This document shows positions 55,691-57,602 of a DNA stretch of 57,602 nucleotides, piece after piece. The DNA is from Eubacteriales bacterium (lineage in GTDB: Bacteria; Bacillota; Clostridia; Oscillospirales; CAG-382), in NCBI GenBank assembly GCA_045534025.1, contig JAZSIW010000062.1, forward strand, positions 1-57,602, given 5' to 3'. The notes beneath the pieces were generated by a model. It worked only from the letters and a program-made list of their open reading frames with translations. It was not told where the DNA came from and did no database searches. The translations under genes were made by a program, and so were the position numbers. How positions within the stretch are numbered: position 1 is the stretch's first letter; the number at the start of each line of letters is the position of its first letter.

Positions 55691-56140
55691 ATGAAAAGAC
55701 GTACGGAAAATATTATAGGAACATCGGCGTTTTGGTTTTATTTTTTAAGCTTTACCGTTGGTTTGCCCATGAGCATATTGGGTTGCATTGTTGCACTGAT
55801 TATGCTGTTGTTGGGATACAAAGCAAAGATATATAACCGATGTATTTGCTTTACTTGCGGTAAGTACAGCGGCTTTACCTTAGGATGCTTTATCTTTGTG
55901 GGTAAGCATTGCGGTGAAAAACTTTTACAGCACGAACTGGGGCACGCCTTACAAAATTGTATGTACGGTTTGCTTATGCCCTTTATTGTCGCCCTACCCT
56001 CTTTTTTTCGTTACCACTATCGTAGATTTTGTATTCGAAGGCTGCACAAACGTTTACATGTCGCCTATGAAAACATTTGGTTTGAAGCGGAAGCCACAGC
56101 GCTGGGAAAGGATTATGCAAAACGCCTTGCGGCGCTGTAA
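55691..56140 (+). CDS. small membrane protein with an HExxH motif
   Basis: 149 aa counted from ATG 55691. It has two or three TM helices and HELGH between hydrophobic segments. No clear RBS, and I recognise no family. Confidence 0.5.
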   Translation: MKRRTENIIGTSAFWFYFLSFTVGLPMSILGCIVALIMLLLGYKAKIYNRCICFTCGKYSGFTLGCFIFVGKHCGEKLLQHELGHALQNCMYGLLMPFIVALPSFFRYHYRRFCIRRLHKRLHVAYENIWFEAEATALGKDYAKRLAAL

Positions 56141-56147
56141 AAAAATA

Positions 56148-56185
56148 GCTCCGACACATTTGTACCGTGTCGGAGCCTTTTTCTT
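56148..56185. terminator. bidirectional rho-independent terminator
   Basis: GCTCCGACAC, a 9-nt loop, GTGTCGGAGC, with an A-run upstream and CTTTTTCTTT downstream. It lies between convergent genes. Confidence 0.85.
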
Positions 56186-56198
56186 TGAGTGAGTATTG

Positions 56199-57368
56199 TT
56201 ATTTTACTATAACCTTTATAAACTTATTTTTACCCTTGCTTACAACGTATTCGCCGGGAGCATCAAAGCCCGTGTTGGGGTCTTTAATTTGAACACCGTC
56301 CAATTTTACGCCGCCGCCCTGCATAAGTCTGCGCGCTTCGCTGCCGGAAGGAGCAAGGCCGCTTTCACGAAGGATGGCTGCCACTCTCGTACCAACCTCG
56401 CAGCTGTATTCATCCATTTCATCGGGTACACCGCCGCCGGCAATGCTCTTATATCTTTCGGCAGCTGCGGCAATAGCGTCTGCACCGTGGTACATACGCA
56501 CTATTGTTTCCGCATAAAGTCTGTGCGCCGCCATAATATCGCTTTCCACCAAAGACTTATAATCTTCTTCTGCCAAATCAGAGGTAAGGCGGAAATAAGT
56601 AAGAAGCAATGTATCGGGAACTTTCATGCACTTTTCATACATTATCTCAGGCGCTTCGTCAATACCGATATAGTTATCAAGAGATTTACTCATCTTTTCA
56701 ACGCCGTCAAGACCGGGAAGCAAAGGGAAAGTAATAACCTCTTGAGGGGTTTGACCGTAGTCCTTCTGTAGCTCTCTGCCAACAAGCAGATTAAAGGTTT
56801 GGTCGTTGCCGCCGATTTCTACATCCGCATTAAGGGCAACAGAGTCATAACCTTGCATAAGCGGATAAAACATTTCGTGCATGCCTATAGGCTGGTTTGC
56901 GGCATAACGCTTTGCAAAATCATCCCTCTCAAGTATACGTGCCAAGGTGTATTTGCCTGCGAGAGACAAAACATCTTCAAAAGTCATCTTGCCAAGCCAA
57001 TCAGAATTGTAGGTAATTGTAGTCTTTTCTCTGTCAAGTATTTTACAAACCTGCTCATAATAAGATTTACTGTTGGCACGAGTCTGCTCAAACGTAAGAG
57101 GAACACGGGTCTTACTTTTACCGGAGGGGTCGCCTATCATGGCGGTAAAGTCACCGATAACAAAAACTATTTCATGTCCTAAATCCTGAAGCATTCTAAG
57201 CTTTCTGAGAGGAACGGAATGTCCCAAATGCAAATCGGGTCTACTTGGGTCTGCCCCCATCTTTATGCGAAGCTTTTTTCCGCTTTCAAGCTTTTCCAAA
57301 AGCCCCTCGGCAGAGTATACCGATATAGCATCTCTCATTATGTTGTCATAAACTTCTCTTGCTGTCAT
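56199..57368 (-). CDS. tyrS: tyrosine--tRNA ligase (short, type-2-like form with a C-terminal S4 domain)
   Basis: 389 aa with class I motifs HLGH (DLHLGHSVPL) and KMSKS, plus an S4-like C-terminus (SEARRLMQGGGVKLDG). Confidence 0.95.
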   Translation of the reverse strand: MTAREVYDNIMRDAISVYSAEGLLEKLESGKKLRIKMGADPSRPDLHLGHSVPLRKLRMLQDLGHEIVFVIGDFTAMIGDPSGKSKTRVPLTFEQTRANSKSYYEQVCKILDREKTTITYNSDWLGKMTFEDVLSLAGKYTLARILERDDFAKRYAANQPIGMHEMFYPLMQGYDSVALNADVEIGGNDQTFNLLVGRELQKDYGQTPQEVITFPLLPGLDGVEKMSKSLDNYIGIDEAPEIMYEKCMKVPDTLLLTYFRLTSDLAEEDYKSLVESDIMAAHRLYAETIVRMYHGADAIAAAAERYKSIAGGGVPDEMDEYSCEVGTRVAAILRESGLAPSGSEARRLMQGGGVKLDGVQIKDPNTGFDAPGEYVVSKGKNKFIKVIVK

Positions 57369-57384
57369 TTTGTTTACCTATCCT

Positions 57385-57602
57385 TTAATTAAATGTTATA
57401 ATATCATCAAATGAATAACGTTTATATTGCTCTTCGTCAAGGGTAAAGTTTTTATAATACGGTGCCAAAATCTCCTTATGGATTTCGTCGCAAAGAGCTT
57501 GTATAATACGATCTTCAACCAAGTTATAAACAACTTGGTTTTTCTCGCAGGCTCTTATGATGTAATAGCCTATAGGTGTGTCTACAGCAGTTATTTCCCC
57601 TA
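57385..57602 (-). CDS. 3' end of an unidentified CDS (partial, runs off the window)
   Basis: An open minus-strand frame with no stop runs from the window edge to TAA at 57385-57387 (...LAPYYKNFTLDEEQYKRYSFDDIITFN*). It ends 16 nt before tyrS. It is absent from the ORF track because its start lies outside the window. Confidence 0.4.
   Translation of the reverse strand, partial: GEITAVDTPIGYYIIRACEKNQVVYNLVEDRIIQALCDEIHKEILAPYYKNFTLDEEQYKRYSFDDIITFN

Noticed and set aside
56196-56771. 191-aa plus-strand ORF antisense to tyrS
   Set aside because: It overlaps the conserved tyrS CDS entirely, starts inside the bidirectional terminator region without an RBS and has no recognisable domain.

Overview
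This is a 57.6-kb chromosomal window from an AT-rich, endospore-forming Firmicute of class Clostridia. A dockerin-bearing secreted protein and the gene order make a Ruminococcus/Oscillospiraceae-like host plausible, but that is inference only.

Positions ~590-35,040 are an almost unbroken minus-strand array of tightly packed or overlapping core genes. In order along the + strand they are: a corA-like transporter, groEL-groES, a THUMP RNA methyltransferase, hpf and fumarate hydratase alpha. Next comes the divIC-yabQ-yabP-yabO-hup-mazG-spoVB/yabM-like sporulation/division block. It is followed by a Udk-like kinase, a HemZ-like radical SAM protein, dtd, relA, recJ, an rseC-like gene, cdaR-cdaA, rdgB, ftsY and smc. 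The array ends with an ELP3-like radical SAM protein, rnc, plsX, topA, dprA, a TrmH-family methyltransferase, prmC and DUF1385.

From ~35 kb onward orientation is mixed and the content is more accessory:
- an RNHCP zinc-ribbon gene coupled to a polytopic membrane protein
- a secreted dockerin/C39-like protein
- spoIVA-ylmC
- a terminator-bracketed VTC-domain / DUF4956 / surface beta-helix operon carrying a 15 x 39-nt coding repeat
- an isolated rhaB-rhaA-rhaD island
- a GDSL lipoprotein plus acyl-CoA ligase pair
- a cysteine-rich repeat protein
- an nnr-alr operon interleaved with membrane and lipoprotein genes
- tyrS

I recognised no rRNA, tRNA, CRISPR array, transposase, integrase or phage genes. 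The best candidate for an undescribed system is the VTC/DUF4956/beta-helix operon at 40.5-44.8 kb, a possible bacterial split VTC-like polyanion synthesis-and-export module. CDS coordinates follow the supplied ORF track, with starts moved where an RBS supports an internal start. Promoter, terminator and hairpin coordinates were counted by hand and may be off by 1-2 nt.
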